Shown piece by piece: positions 9,613 to 18,043 of a stretch of DNA of 64,000 bases. Position numbers and translations under genes: made by a program. The DNA is from Trueperaceae bacterium. Its GTDB lineage: Bacteria > Deinococcota > Deinococci > Deinococcales > Trueperaceae. Numbering within the stretch: position 1 is the first letter of the stretch; every line of letters starts with the position of its first letter. Location: contig OZ243956.1 in NCBI GenBank assembly GCA_965214405.1, forward strand, positions 4,256,001 to 4,320,000. The letters run 5' to 3'. The notes under the pieces were generated by a model that was not told the origin of the DNA, did no database searches, and worked only from the letters and a program-made list of their open reading frames with translations.

Positions 9613-10164
9613 TGGCGTTTTACGCCTTGCTGCTTATACATCCTAAAGCTGACCCCTTACCAGCCCAAACGCCAGCGCCCACATCACAAGCGCAATAAGC
9701 GCGTCCAGCACGCGCCACGCCGCCGCGCGCCTAAAGACCGGGGCGAGAAACGACGCGCCAAAGCCCAAAACCGAAAACCAGATGAGGGACGCGCTCGAGG
9801 CGCCCGCCCAAAAAATGACGCGCTCGTTACCCTCGTACTGAGCCGCAATACTGCCCAAAAGCACGACCGTATCGAGGTAAACGTGGGGGTTAAGAAGGCT
9901 CAGCGCCAGCGCCGTTAGTAGAGCGCCGCGACGGCTAAGCGCAGCGCCTACGCCGCCAGCCTGGAGCCCCGCCGAACCCCGCACCGCGCTCCTCAAGGCC
10001 AAAGCGCCGTAGATAAAGAGAAAAACCGCCCCGCCCCAGGCCGCAAAGGGCGTCAGGAGCGGAAACCGTGCGACTAGGGTGCCAAATCCCAACACGCCCA
10101 AAAGAATGAGGCTAAAGTCGCACAGCGTGCAGACAAAAACAACGGACGCGACGTGCTCTTTTTT

Positions 10165-10713
10165 CAGTCCCTCGTGGGAACCCACCGTCTATGACGGTGG
10201 TGATGTCTGTTCGGCTGTGCCGTATTCTACTGTGTGCCGAAGTACCGCAAGCTAACGCACGTTGTTTACCAATGCGACTACCACATCGTGTGGGCACCGA
10301 AGTACCGTTACCGAGTGCTGACGGGAGCGGTCAAGGACATGGTCGAGAAGGACATCAGGACACTATGCGAGTGGAAAGAGGTGGAGGTGCTAGAGCTGAG
10401 CGTACAGGCAGACCACGTACATCTGGTGTGTTCTGTCCCGCCCAAGCTGTCTATCTCGTCACTGATGGGGTTTCTGAAAGGGAAGCTGGCGATAAAGCTG
10501 TTCAAGAGTTACCCGGCGCTAAAGCAAAAGCCTTATTGGGGCAACCACTTCTGGTCACGCGGCTACTTCGTGAACACGGTAGGGATGAACGAAGACCTCA
10601 TCAGGCGCTACGTAAAGTATCAAGAAGAGCAGGAGAAGCAAGAGGAAAGGAGCCGCCAGGACTTCCTCTTTTAGAGTCACTTCTCAATTCCACCACCTTT
10701 GGTGGTGGTCGTT
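10165..10713 (+). mobile_element. IS200-group element (tnpA only)
   Basis: Subterminal hairpins CCACCGTC-TAT-GACGGTGG (10182-10200) and CCACCACC-TTT-GGTGGTGG (10690-10708). No TSD; inserted in a T-run, so the ends are uncertain by a few nt. Confidence 0.88.
10234..10674 (+). CDS. tnpA: Y1 HUH transposase (IS200/IS605 TnpA)
   Basis: YHIVWAPKYR, HUH motif DHVHL, FWSRGYFV and catalytic Y in RYVKYQ. Confidence 0.95.
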   Translation: MPKYRKLTHVVYQCDYHIVWAPKYRYRVLTGAVKDMVEKDIRTLCEWKEVEVLELSVQADHVHLVCSVPPKLSISSLMGFLKGKLAIKLFKSYPALKQKPYWGNHFWSRGYFVNTVGMNEDLIRRYVKYQEEQEKQEERSRQDFLF

Positions 10714-10849
10714 TAATCCCTGCCGCAGCACAAACGCGTTCTGCGCGCCGATGGCGACAATGAGGCCCAAGCCGATGCCAAAGCCGCTCAAAAAGGTCTG
10801 CATCACTCTATTTCGTTGGTAGGAGATTTGACTCGGCTGGGTTCACCAC

Positions 10850-11248
10850 TCAATTTTGAACCAGCGCGTGCGCCTGAAGCGTCTCGAGTTCCACCACCTC
10901 CAGCGCCCGCTCGTGCGTGCTCTCCAAAATCACGGGCGGCGCTACCCCTGCCTCCAGCGCTTCTCGCCACCTTGCCGCGCACAAACACCAGCGGTCACCC
11001 GCCTTGAGGCCCGCAAAGCCGTACTCGGGTCGCGGCGTGACAAGGTCGTTGCCGCGCGAGGTGCTGAAGTCCAAAAATTCTTGCGTGACCCTCGAGCAGA
11101 CCACATGCACGCCCGCGTCCTCGGGGCCGGTTTCGCAGCTCCCGGTGCGGTAGAAGCCGGTGAGGGGTTCTACGCCACACGGTTTGAGGGGTTCTTGAAG
11201 GACGTTGCGGTCTGTGTTGCGGTCTGTGATGTTGGGCTCTAAATCCAT
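10850..11248 (-). CDS. DUF2237 family protein
   Basis: Motifs NVLQEPLKPC..PLTGFYRTGSC, GNDL.TP and GLKAGDRWCLCA.RW.EA. Confidence 0.88.
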   Translation of the reverse strand: MDLEPNITDRNTDRNVLQEPLKPCGVEPLTGFYRTGSCETGPEDAGVHVVCSRVTQEFLDFSTSRGNDLVTPRPEYGFAGLKAGDRWCLCAARWREALEAGVAPPVILESTHERALEVVELETLQAHALVQN

Positions 11249-11264
11249 ACGCCTACTTTAGCCT

Positions 11265-12164
11265 CTAAAGAAGGGTCAAAAGCGTTTCCGCCACCTTAAT
11301 GTCCGTCTCGCCGTCACTTCCGTGGTCTTCAACGTGCCAACAGGCGGACAAAACCGCATTAACGAAACCCCAGGCGGCGATTTCTGAGGCTTCCATCCCC
11401 AGCATCTCGCCAAAAATTCCCACGCGGCGGCTCAGGATGCGCGGTAAATGCGGGCGCGTTGCGAGTTCCGGCAGGGGATTCATCAAAAAAGACCCCACGT
11501 CGTAGCCGCGCGCTCCGACGATGCCTTTAGGGTCGATGGCGAGGTAAGGCTCTCTCGTGGCGCTGAGGATGTTGTCGTGGTGCAAGTCTGCGTGGAGTAG
11601 GACGGGCTCGTCCGTTTGCAAAAGGTCGTTTAGCAAGACGTTGGCTTTCTCGACCAGCGCGTAGGGGAGAGGGCCGCTGCCTTGCGAGTGTGTATGCGCA
11701 TATTTGGGCAGCGCCCGCGTCCACCTTTGAAGGAGGCGAAAAGGATGCCCTTCCGGAACCGGACGCCACAGCTGCTGCAAAAGGGTCGCGGCGATGCGGG
11801 TGGCTTCATCGTCGTCCGTGCGCCACAGGGAAACGCCGGGGGTGAGGCGCTCGAGCAGCAGCGCCTGCACCTCGGGCGCGTGCGCGACGAGCTTGACCAT
11901 CCCGTCGCCGTCATAAAATTCCAGGGCGGCGGCCTCGAGCGCGAGTTCGTCGTTGGGCAGGCTCAGCTTGAGGACGTAAGGCGCACCGTCCGCGCCCACC
12001 GCGGGCGCGACGACGTGATACGAAAGATTTGGGAAGGGCTCGCCCACACGGATATTCCAGCGCGTTTCGCAGGCGCGGAGGTGATCGTCTAAGCTCCCCA
12101 ACCACGGCGCGGCATCTTTATGAATATCATGCAAGTTGCGAACGAGCACGGGCGGGAGCTTCAC
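11265..12164 (-). CDS. Aminoglycoside/hydroxyurea-type phosphotransferase (APH(6)-like)
   Basis: Motifs VLKL, LLLERL, LLHADLHHDNIL and LAIDPKG.VG...YD. Confidence 0.82.
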   Translation of the reverse strand: MKLPPVLVRNLHDIHKDAAPWLGSLDDHLRACETRWNIRVGEPFPNLSYHVVAPAVGADGAPYVLKLSLPNDELALEAAALEFYDGDGMVKLVAHAPEVQALLLERLTPGVSLWRTDDDEATRIAATLLQQLWRPVPEGHPFRLLQRWTRALPKYAHTHSQGSGPLPYALVEKANVLLNDLLQTDEPVLLHADLHHDNILSATREPYLAIDPKGIVGARGYDVGSFLMNPLPELATRPHLPRILSRRVGIFGEMLGMEASEIAAWGFVNAVLSACWHVEDHGSDGETDIKVAETLLTLL

Positions 12165-12174
12165 AGGTTTAACT

Positions 12175-13137
12175 CTACAGCATCAGCCACTCGAGGTGCT
12201 TTGGCTCGAGCCTAAACGCGTGTCGGTCGAGTTTGGCGGGGCGGTAGGGCTCGAGCAGGTCTTCAGGTTTAACTTCTTTAGGTTCATCGAGCAGCCCGAG
12301 CGTAAAAGCGAGAAGCCCCACCACGCGCTCCGGGTTAACGCCCTCGTCTCTCAAAGAAGCCAACGTTAAAGAGCCTTTGCGCTTCGCCATCCGCTCACCG
12401 TCCACGTCCAAAAGCAGGGGTACGTGGAGGTAGCGGGGCGGCGGCTTGTCCAGCGCCTCGTATAAAAGAAGCTGCGCGCCCGTGCTGGTGAGCAGGTCGT
12501 CGCCGCGCACCACCTCGTTTATGTTCATGGCGATATCGTCCACCACCACCGCGAGTTGATAGGCCCAAAGCCCGTCGGCGCGCCTCACGACGAAATCACC
12601 GACCTCGGACGTTACCTCTATGTTTTGAGGCCCTGCCAACGCGTCATCAAAGGTGACGGTTTGAGGCTCGACCAAAAAGCGCAGGCTCGGCGTTTTGCCT
12701 TTCCTTTGTTTTTGCCCCCTGCAATGCGCGTTGCGTTCTCTTTCTCTCTCACCGTAGACAAAGCCGCGCCCGTGCGGCGCGGAGGAGGCCTCACGGAGGT
12801 CCTTACGTGACAAGTAGCAGGCGAAGATTTTATTCCGGGCCTCGAGCCTCCGCAGCGTCTCCTCATAAAACGCGCCGCGCTCGCTCTGCTTGTATGGCCT
12901 GTAGGGGCCGCCCACGTCCGGCCCCTCGTCCCACTCGAGCCCCAGCCAGCGCAGTTCATCTAAGTTACCCGTCACCGCCTCCGCTACAGTGCGCGGCGCG
13001 TCCAAATCCTCAACGCGCATTATGAACGCGCCACCTTGACTCCGGGCGCTCAACCAAGCGACCAAGGCCGTGCGGGCGTTGCCCAAATGCAAGGGACCGG
13101 TAGGGGAGGGGGCGTAGCGGCCTCGCACGGGAATCAT
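12175..13137 (-). CDS. gluQ: Glutamyl-queuosine tRNA(Asp) synthetase
   Basis: RYAPSPTGPLHLGN, DFVVRRADG..AYQLAVVVDD, VVRGDDLL and RMAKR. Lacks the anticodon-binding domain. Confidence 0.9.
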   Translation of the reverse strand: MIPVRGRYAPSPTGPLHLGNARTALVAWLSARSQGGAFIMRVEDLDAPRTVAEAVTGNLDELRWLGLEWDEGPDVGGPYRPYKQSERGAFYEETLRRLEARNKIFACYLSRKDLREASSAPHGRGFVYGERERERNAHCRGQKQRKGKTPSLRFLVEPQTVTFDDALAGPQNIEVTSEVGDFVVRRADGLWAYQLAVVVDDIAMNINEVVRGDDLLTSTGAQLLLYEALDKPPPRYLHVPLLLDVDGERMAKRKGSLTLASLRDEGVNPERVVGLLAFTLGLLDEPKEVKPEDLLEPYRPAKLDRHAFRLEPKHLEWLML

Positions 13138-13175
13138 TTACTCATTAAATCATGAAACCGTGCCATAATAAAACT

Positions 13176-13433
13176 ATGAAGCAAGTGGAACTTAAACGCA
13201 TTGGGCAAAGCGGTCAGCTTACGCTGGGAAAACAGTATGCGGGAAAACTCCTCCGCGTGGAAAAACTCGAGGACGGACGCTTCATCCTGACGCCCGTGGT
13301 AGACGTTCCCGAGTCGCAACTGTGGACGCTGCAAGAGCCGCACAAAAGCCGCATCCAACGAGGGCTCGAGTGGGCGGAAAACAGCGAGCCGACAGAAACC
13401 GATGTGGATGCATTGCTACAAACACAGCGGTGA
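13176..13433 (+). CDS. Putative AbrB/MazE-like antitoxin
   Basis: KRIGQSGQLTLGKQYAG swapped-hairpin-like N-terminus; overlaps the downstream small gene (GTGA). Confidence 0.6.
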   Translation: MKQVELKRIGQSGQLTLGKQYAGKLLRVEKLEDGRFILTPVVDVPESQLWTLQEPHKSRIQRGLEWAENSEPTETDVDALLQTQR

Positions 13434-13735
13434 GCCGCGTCAGGCTTGACCTGAATTCTCCGGCTTTTCTCGAGGTGTTCCTGAATCTGCGCGGGAGTGA
13501 CCTAGAGCAGGTTGCCAAAAGTTTGGATAGGTTGCGCGCGCTCGAGTGGGAGGCGGTCTACCGCTCGAAGGGTCTTAATTGGGAGGCCATCGACCACATC
13601 CCCGCGCCCAAGGGTCAGGGTAAAGTTTATTCGGTGCGGCTGAGCAAAAAGGCTCGAGCGCTCGTCTACCGCGAGGGCGACTTTATGCGCTTCATCTCGC
13701 TTCACCCCGACTACGATTCGGCTTATAAACGTTAG
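13430..13735 (+). CDS. Putative RelE/ParE-fold toxin
   Basis: About 100 aa; YSVRLSKKARALVYREGDFMRFISLHPDYDSAY resembles a RelE-superfamily C-terminus. Confidence 0.55.
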   Translation: MSRVRLDLNSPAFLEVFLNLRGSDLEQVAKSLDRLRALEWEAVYRSKGLNWEAIDHIPAPKGQGKVYSVRLSKKARALVYREGDFMRFISLHPDYDSAYKR

Positions 13736-14184
13736 AGTCCGCCCACCTTTTCAATAGCCTGACAGAACCTCAGCAGATACCCATCCGGGTCCTGAATCAA
13801 AAACTCGCGCTGTCCTGACAGCACGTTACCCGTTTTGTACCAACCGTCTCTAACATCTCGAAAAAACGGATGGTTGGCTGCTTTTAATCGCTCGTAAAGC
13901 GGTGCGATATCATCAAGCTCGATCTGAAAGTTGATGCCGCGCCCAAAGGGAGGCTCGAGCCCCCCCGTCTGCCACCCATCGATGCTCGTTTGTTGCAGCA
14001 TAAACTGGACCTCTTCTAGCTCGAGGTAAACAAACAGGTCGCGGCTGAACAACACCTCGAAGCCCAAAATCTCAGTGTAAAACTGGACGCTTTGCTCAAA
14101 ATCCGAAACACTCAACTCCGGCACGAGTTTGCGCCACTCGAACGGCCTACCGGACGCGGATACCACGCTCGTCCATCCCTTCAA
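13732..14184 (-). CDS. VOC/glyoxalase (bleomycin-resistance-like) protein
   Basis: Motifs LVPELSVSDFEQSVQFY, PFGRGINFQI and QREFLIQDPDGYLLRF. True start may be slightly downstream. Confidence 0.85.
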   Translation of the reverse strand: MKGWTSVVSASGRPFEWRKLVPELSVSDFEQSVQFYTEILGFEVLFSRDLFVYLELEEVQFMLQQTSIDGWQTGGLEPPFGRGINFQIELDDIAPLYERLKAANHPFFRDVRDGWYKTGNVLSGQREFLIQDPDGYLLRFCQAIEKVGGL

Positions 14185-14725
14185 CAGTTGCGAGGCTGAC
14201 GATGGGGACGCCTAAACTTTCAATCTGCGCCCGCCCCTCCTCGAACGCCTTTTCAATCACGCAGCCCACGCCCAAAAGCGTCGCGCCGCTTACTTTAACG
14301 AGGTCAGCCAGCGCCACAATGGTTTTACCCGACGCCAAAAAGTCGTCAATAATCAGCACCCGGTCCTCACGGTGCAAATATTCGGGCGAGACGATGAGGC
14401 TGCTCACGCCGCCCTTGGTGCGGCTCGGGGCCTGGGCCTCGAACACGGTGTTGGGCATGGTGACGGGCCGCTTTTTGCGCGCGTAAACCACGGGCACGCC
14501 TAGCGCGAGCCCCGCCGCGAGCGCGGGCGCGATGCCCGACACCTCGGCGGTAATGATTTTGCTCACGCCGGTCACGCCCAACGCTGTAAAGCGCTCCGCG
14601 AACGCCTCGCCCATGTCGCGGGTGAGTGCGGGGTCGAGCTGGTGATTCAAAAAGCCGTCCACCTTGAGGATGCCGCCGCCTAAGTTCTGGCCTTCCTCGA
14701 GGATGCGCTCAACAAGCCCCTTCAC
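14147..14725 (-). CDS. xpt: Xanthine phosphoribosyltransferase
   Basis: ILKVDGFLNHQLDP, TAEVSGIAPA, VLIIDDFLASG and VIEKAFEEGR. GTG start at 14725. Confidence 0.9.
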   Translation of the reverse strand: MKGLVERILEEGQNLGGGILKVDGFLNHQLDPALTRDMGEAFAERFTALGVTGVSKIITAEVSGIAPALAAGLALGVPVVYARKKRPVTMPNTVFEAQAPSRTKGGVSSLIVSPEYLHREDRVLIIDDFLASGKTIVALADLVKVSGATLLGVGCVIEKAFEEGRAQIESLGVPIVSLATVEGMDERGIRVR

Positions 14726-14972
14726 AGGGTGTGGTTTCTTGCGAGGGGGTGGGGCTCGAGGGTCGGCGGATTTTCTCCTGCAACATGGGCACTTTGATAA
14801 ATGAAAGTGTGGGTTGTGCGGTTCGCGCGTGGGGGGTGCGTCGGCGTCATGCCACACGCTAACATGAGGTGATGGGTGATTATTTTGGGGTGGGGGCTCT
14901 AGCTGACCTTTCTGATCTCTAAGTCTGTCTCACCAAGCTTTTCCTACATTTGCGTGCTAAAATTTTATACAG

Positions 14973-15182
14973 ATGAAGCGCGAAGAGGTTTACTGTTCTC
15001 ATCCTCAAACTTTAGGTGGAACGCCCGTCTTTACAGGTACGCGCGTTCCGGTTCAAACCTTGCTCAATTATTTAGAGGGCGGCGATACCTTAGACGAGTT
15101 TCTAGACAGCTTCCCCGGTGTAAGCCGTGAGCAAGCGGTTGCTTTTCTCGAGATGGCAAAGGATGCACTTTTAGCAACGTGA
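14973..15182 (+). CDS. DUF433 antitoxin
   Basis: HPQTLGGTPVFTGTRVPVQTL...FPGVSREQ. Confidence 0.9.
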   Translation: MKREEVYCSHPQTLGGTPVFTGTRVPVQTLLNYLEGGDTLDEFLDSFPGVSREQAVAFLEMAKDALLAT

Positions 15183-15505
15183 GGCGAGTGCTACTTGACG
15201 AAAATATGGACCGAAAGCTAAAGCGCTCGTTTGATTCATCTTTTAGGGTGGTGACTGTACGTGAGCGGGGTTGGAGCGGAAAGAAAAACGGCGAGTGGTT
15301 ACGCGCAGCAGAGCTCGAGTTTGATGTGTTGGTCACGCTCGACCGAAGTAGGCAGCACCAGCAGCACCTGACGAAGTACGATTTGGCTGTGGTGCTGACA
15401 TTATCGCGCAGTCGTCGTCGTGCAGACATTGAGCCAGCAATGGGTGAAGTGAACCGCTCGGTTCATGAGGCTCGAGCGGGCGTTCTTGTTACCGTGTCGG
15501 CGTAA
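15179..15505 (+). CDS. DUF5615 PIN-like toxin
   Basis: RVLLDENM, GWSGKKNG and VLVTLD; coupled to the DUF433 gene. Confidence 0.8.
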   Translation: MRRVLLDENMDRKLKRSFDSSFRVVTVRERGWSGKKNGEWLRAAELEFDVLVTLDRSRQHQQHLTKYDLAVVLTLSRSRRRADIEPAMGEVNRSVHEARAGVLVTVSA

Positions 15506-15508
15506 GCC

Positions 15509-15673
15509 ATGAAAGAGTCACGTTTCCGTAACCCTCACAATTTGCCCGTCAAAACCTGCCCCGTCTGCTCCCGCCCCTTTCACTGGCGTAAAAAGTGGGC
15601 GCGCAACTGGGACGAGGTCCGCTACTGCTCAGACGCGTGCCGGAAAAACAAGGGAAAAGTCTCTAAGGACTGA
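15509..15673 (+). CDS. DUF2256 zinc-finger protein (54 aa)
   Basis: Below the ORF-track cutoff: [54 protein letters not shown]. Confidence 0.88.
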   Translation: MKESRFRNPHNLPVKTCPVCSRPFHWRKKWARNWDEVRYCSDACRKNKGKVSKD

Positions 15674-15675
15674 AG

Positions 15676-16734
15676 TTAAGGCGTGACGCTGAGCGCCCGC
15701 TCTTGCTTTTCCGTCACCTGGCCTATCACGGCGCTCCTGGGAAAGCGGGGGCGGAGCACTTCTAACACTTCGTCCGTTCGCGCGGCGTCCACACTCAAAA
15801 GCAGCCCGCCGCTCGTTTGCGGGTCGACCAGCGTCCACCACTGGGTTTCGCTCAAGTCCGCCCGCCCGCTCACGTGGGGGTCAACGTAATGCGTGTTGCT
15901 CCGGTGCGCCTTGGTCAAGATGCCACGCGCCAACGTTTCGTCCGCGTGCGCTAGCAGGGGCACTGCGCCCGCACTAATCAAAAGCGTTTTATCCGAGCCT
16001 TGCGCCAAGTGAAGCGCGTGACCGAGAACGCCGAAACCTGTGACGTCGGTGGCGGCGTGGACCGTGCGGTGTAGGGGGTCGGGCAGCTCGAGCTTATTAA
16101 GCGTTTTCATCGAGGCGATGGCCTCTTCAATATCCGCGCCCTCGACCTCGCCGTTTTTGAGCGCGCCCGTGAGCGTGCCCGTGCCGACGGCCTTGGTGAG
16201 AATCAGCGCGTCGCCCGCCCGCGCCCCGCGGTTCGTCCAGAGATTTTGGGGATGCGCGAGCCCTGTAACGCTAAAGCCGAGCTTGAGCGTGTCGTCGTCA
16301 ATCGAGTGCCCGCCGACAAGCCTCGCGCCCGCCTCGTTGATCTTTTCAACCGCGCCCGCCATGAGGCTGCGCAAAACGTCTAAGGGAAGCGTGTCCAGGG
16401 GATACGCGAGGATGGTGAGCGCGGTCGTCGGCGTCGCCCCCATCGCAAACACGTCCGAGAGCGCGTTGGCCGCCGCGACCGCGCCGAAGTCGAAGGGGTC
16501 GTCCAGAATAGGGGTAAAAAAGTCGAGCGTCTGGACCATCACCTGCTCGTCGTCTAAGCGCCACACCGCCGCGTCGTCCAAAAAGTCGGTACCGACGAGG
16601 AGGTCCGGGTGCGCCTGCCGGGGCAGCGTCTGGAGAAGCCCGGCGAGCGTGCCCGCGGCGATTTTGGCGGCGCAACCGCCCTTGGTCACGGTCTGCGTCA
16701 GGCGGATGGGGGCAGGGGGTGTTGGGTCAGCCAC
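15676..16734 (-). CDS. selD: Selenide, water dikinase (Cys form)
   Basis: RLTQ....GGCAAKI (TGC codon), DDAAV, QTLDFFTP, AANALSDVFAMG, TDVTGFG and DPQTSGGLL. Confidence 0.92.
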   Translation of the reverse strand: MADPTPPAPIRLTQTVTKGGCAAKIAAGTLAGLLQTLPRQAHPDLLVGTDFLDDAAVWRLDDEQVMVQTLDFFTPILDDPFDFGAVAAANALSDVFAMGATPTTALTILAYPLDTLPLDVLRSLMAGAVEKINEAGARLVGGHSIDDDTLKLGFSVTGLAHPQNLWTNRGARAGDALILTKAVGTGTLTGALKNGEVEGADIEEAIASMKTLNKLELPDPLHRTVHAATDVTGFGVLGHALHLAQGSDKTLLISAGAVPLLAHADETLARGILTKAHRSNTHYVDPHVSGRADLSETQWWTLVDPQTSGGLLLSVDAARTDEVLEVLRPRFPRSAVIGQVTEKQERALSVTP

Positions 16735-17786
16735 GCGGTACACTCCTCACGCGCGCCCCGAAAGAGGACGCGGCGGTTCATTCGTTCCAAACTTTTGCGG
16801 TACAGGGGGTCGTAGTAGTCGGTCAAGAGCGGCGCAATCCAGGCGCGGTGGGCTCCTGATTCTCCCCACGCCCCGCTCCGCGCCGCCTCGTTAAGCGCCT
16901 CCACGCCGCGCGCGGTGGCGGGGCCGCCGAGACGCTTTTTGAGCCGGAGCAGCCGCGACGCTAGGGACGCGCGCACTTGCTCTATGCCCTCGAGTTCACC
17001 GGGGCGGAGTACATAATCTCGGTGGATGTTCTTAGTACGCTCCTCCAACGGCTCCTCCACCAGCACCAACGGATTCGTCTCGACGGCGTAAAAGAGCGCG
17101 TCGGGCACCTGCCGCTCGCCGACGTTGCGCGACTCGTCCTCGAGCACCAGCCAGCGGGCTTTGGATAGCGCGAGTTTAGCGCCCAGGCTGTTCTCAAACG
17201 TCGCCTGACTCGGCTGCGGCCCCAAGCCCCCAAAGGCGCTGCCCCGGTGGTTCGCCTCGGCCTCTAAGTCGAGCGCCAGCGCGTCCACCCGCGCGCGCGC
17301 CACATCTTTAAGCAAATCCGTCTTGCCCGTGCCGGTCAAGCCTGCAATGACGAGCGTCGGCAGCGTCGGGACGAGACGCTCAGACGCGTTCGTAACGTGC
17401 GCCCTTAACGCTTTGTAACCGCCCGCCACCCGGCGCACGTTACGCAAGCCGATAAACTCGGTGGCGAGTTCGCTCCGCAAACCGCCGCGCCAGCAGGTCA
17501 CGGCGGTCGGCCCCGCCTCGCACACCGCCCGCCAGCGCGCCACGCGCTCCGGCATCGCCTCATCCGTCAGTTCGTGACCCAGCGCGACCGCCGCCGCCTG
17601 CCCCGCCTCCTTATACCGGACGCCGACAAGGTGACGCTCCGAATTGGTGAGAATGGGCTCGTTCACAGAAAAAGGCATCGCGCCGCGCGCATATTCAAGG
17701 GGCGCGCGCACGTCCAAAAGGGTAAAGGGAGACGCGCCGCCGCCCTCGGCGTAAAGCTCGTGCGGTTGGAGGAGCGCGCCGTTCAC
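16698..17786 (-). CDS. selU: tRNA 2-selenouridine synthase
   Basis: Rhodanese domain DVRAP.EY and CWRGGLRS; P-loop GLTGTGKT; DLE..ANHRGSAFG, EDESRNVG and YYDPLY. Confidence 0.9.
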   Translation of the reverse strand: MNGALLQPHELYAEGGGASPFTLLDVRAPLEYARGAMPFSVNEPILTNSERHLVGVRYKEAGQAAAVALGHELTDEAMPERVARWRAVCEAGPTAVTCWRGGLRSELATEFIGLRNVRRVAGGYKALRAHVTNASERLVPTLPTLVIAGLTGTGKTDLLKDVARARVDALALDLEAEANHRGSAFGGLGPQPSQATFENSLGAKLALSKARWLVLEDESRNVGERQVPDALFYAVETNPLVLVEEPLEERTKNIHRDYVLRPGELEGIEQVRASLASRLLRLKKRLGGPATARGVEALNEAARSGAWGESGAHRAWIAPLLTDYYDPLYRKSLERMNRRVLFRGAREECTAWLTQHPLPPSA

Positions 17787-18043
17787 CCGACCAGTCTAAC
17801 AAGCCCCGGCTTTGGGATGTCGCGCTGCTGCACGGTTCTTGTTCGCCCACGTTGCGCGGGTGTTGGATGAGCCTAGAAAGTGCCGAGTAATGAGTCCCGG
17901 GCGCCAAAGCTTCCTTGGCCAAGGCTCGTAGGCTGAGGGTGCAGGTTATTTTGATAGCGGCTCGAGCTTCCCGCACCCCACCCATAACGTTTGGTTAACA
18001 GCCCCTGGCTGACAGCGCCCGCGTCTTTGCGATAGCATAAACG

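Larger units (their letters stand above)
9643..10803 (-). pseudogene. argO: LysE/ArgO amino-acid exporter interrupted by IS200
   Basis: N-terminus MQTFLSGFGIGLGLIVAIGAQNAFVLRQGL (10803 to about 10714) and remainder KKEHV...SLLNPHVYLDT... (10164-9643) flank the IS. Confidence 0.88.

Noticed and set aside
10674..10713. tnpB or omega-RNA associated with the IS200/IS605 element
   Set aside because: The right-end hairpin follows tnpA within about 20 nt, leaving no room.
14726..14972. Possible purine riboswitch upstream of xpt
   Set aside because: The purine aptamer core and three-stem junction are not recognisable.
15676..16743. Selenocysteine recoding in SelD or the Mo-oxidoreductase
   Set aside because: Both have Cys codons at the relevant positions, and I saw no in-frame TGA within a conserved reading frame.
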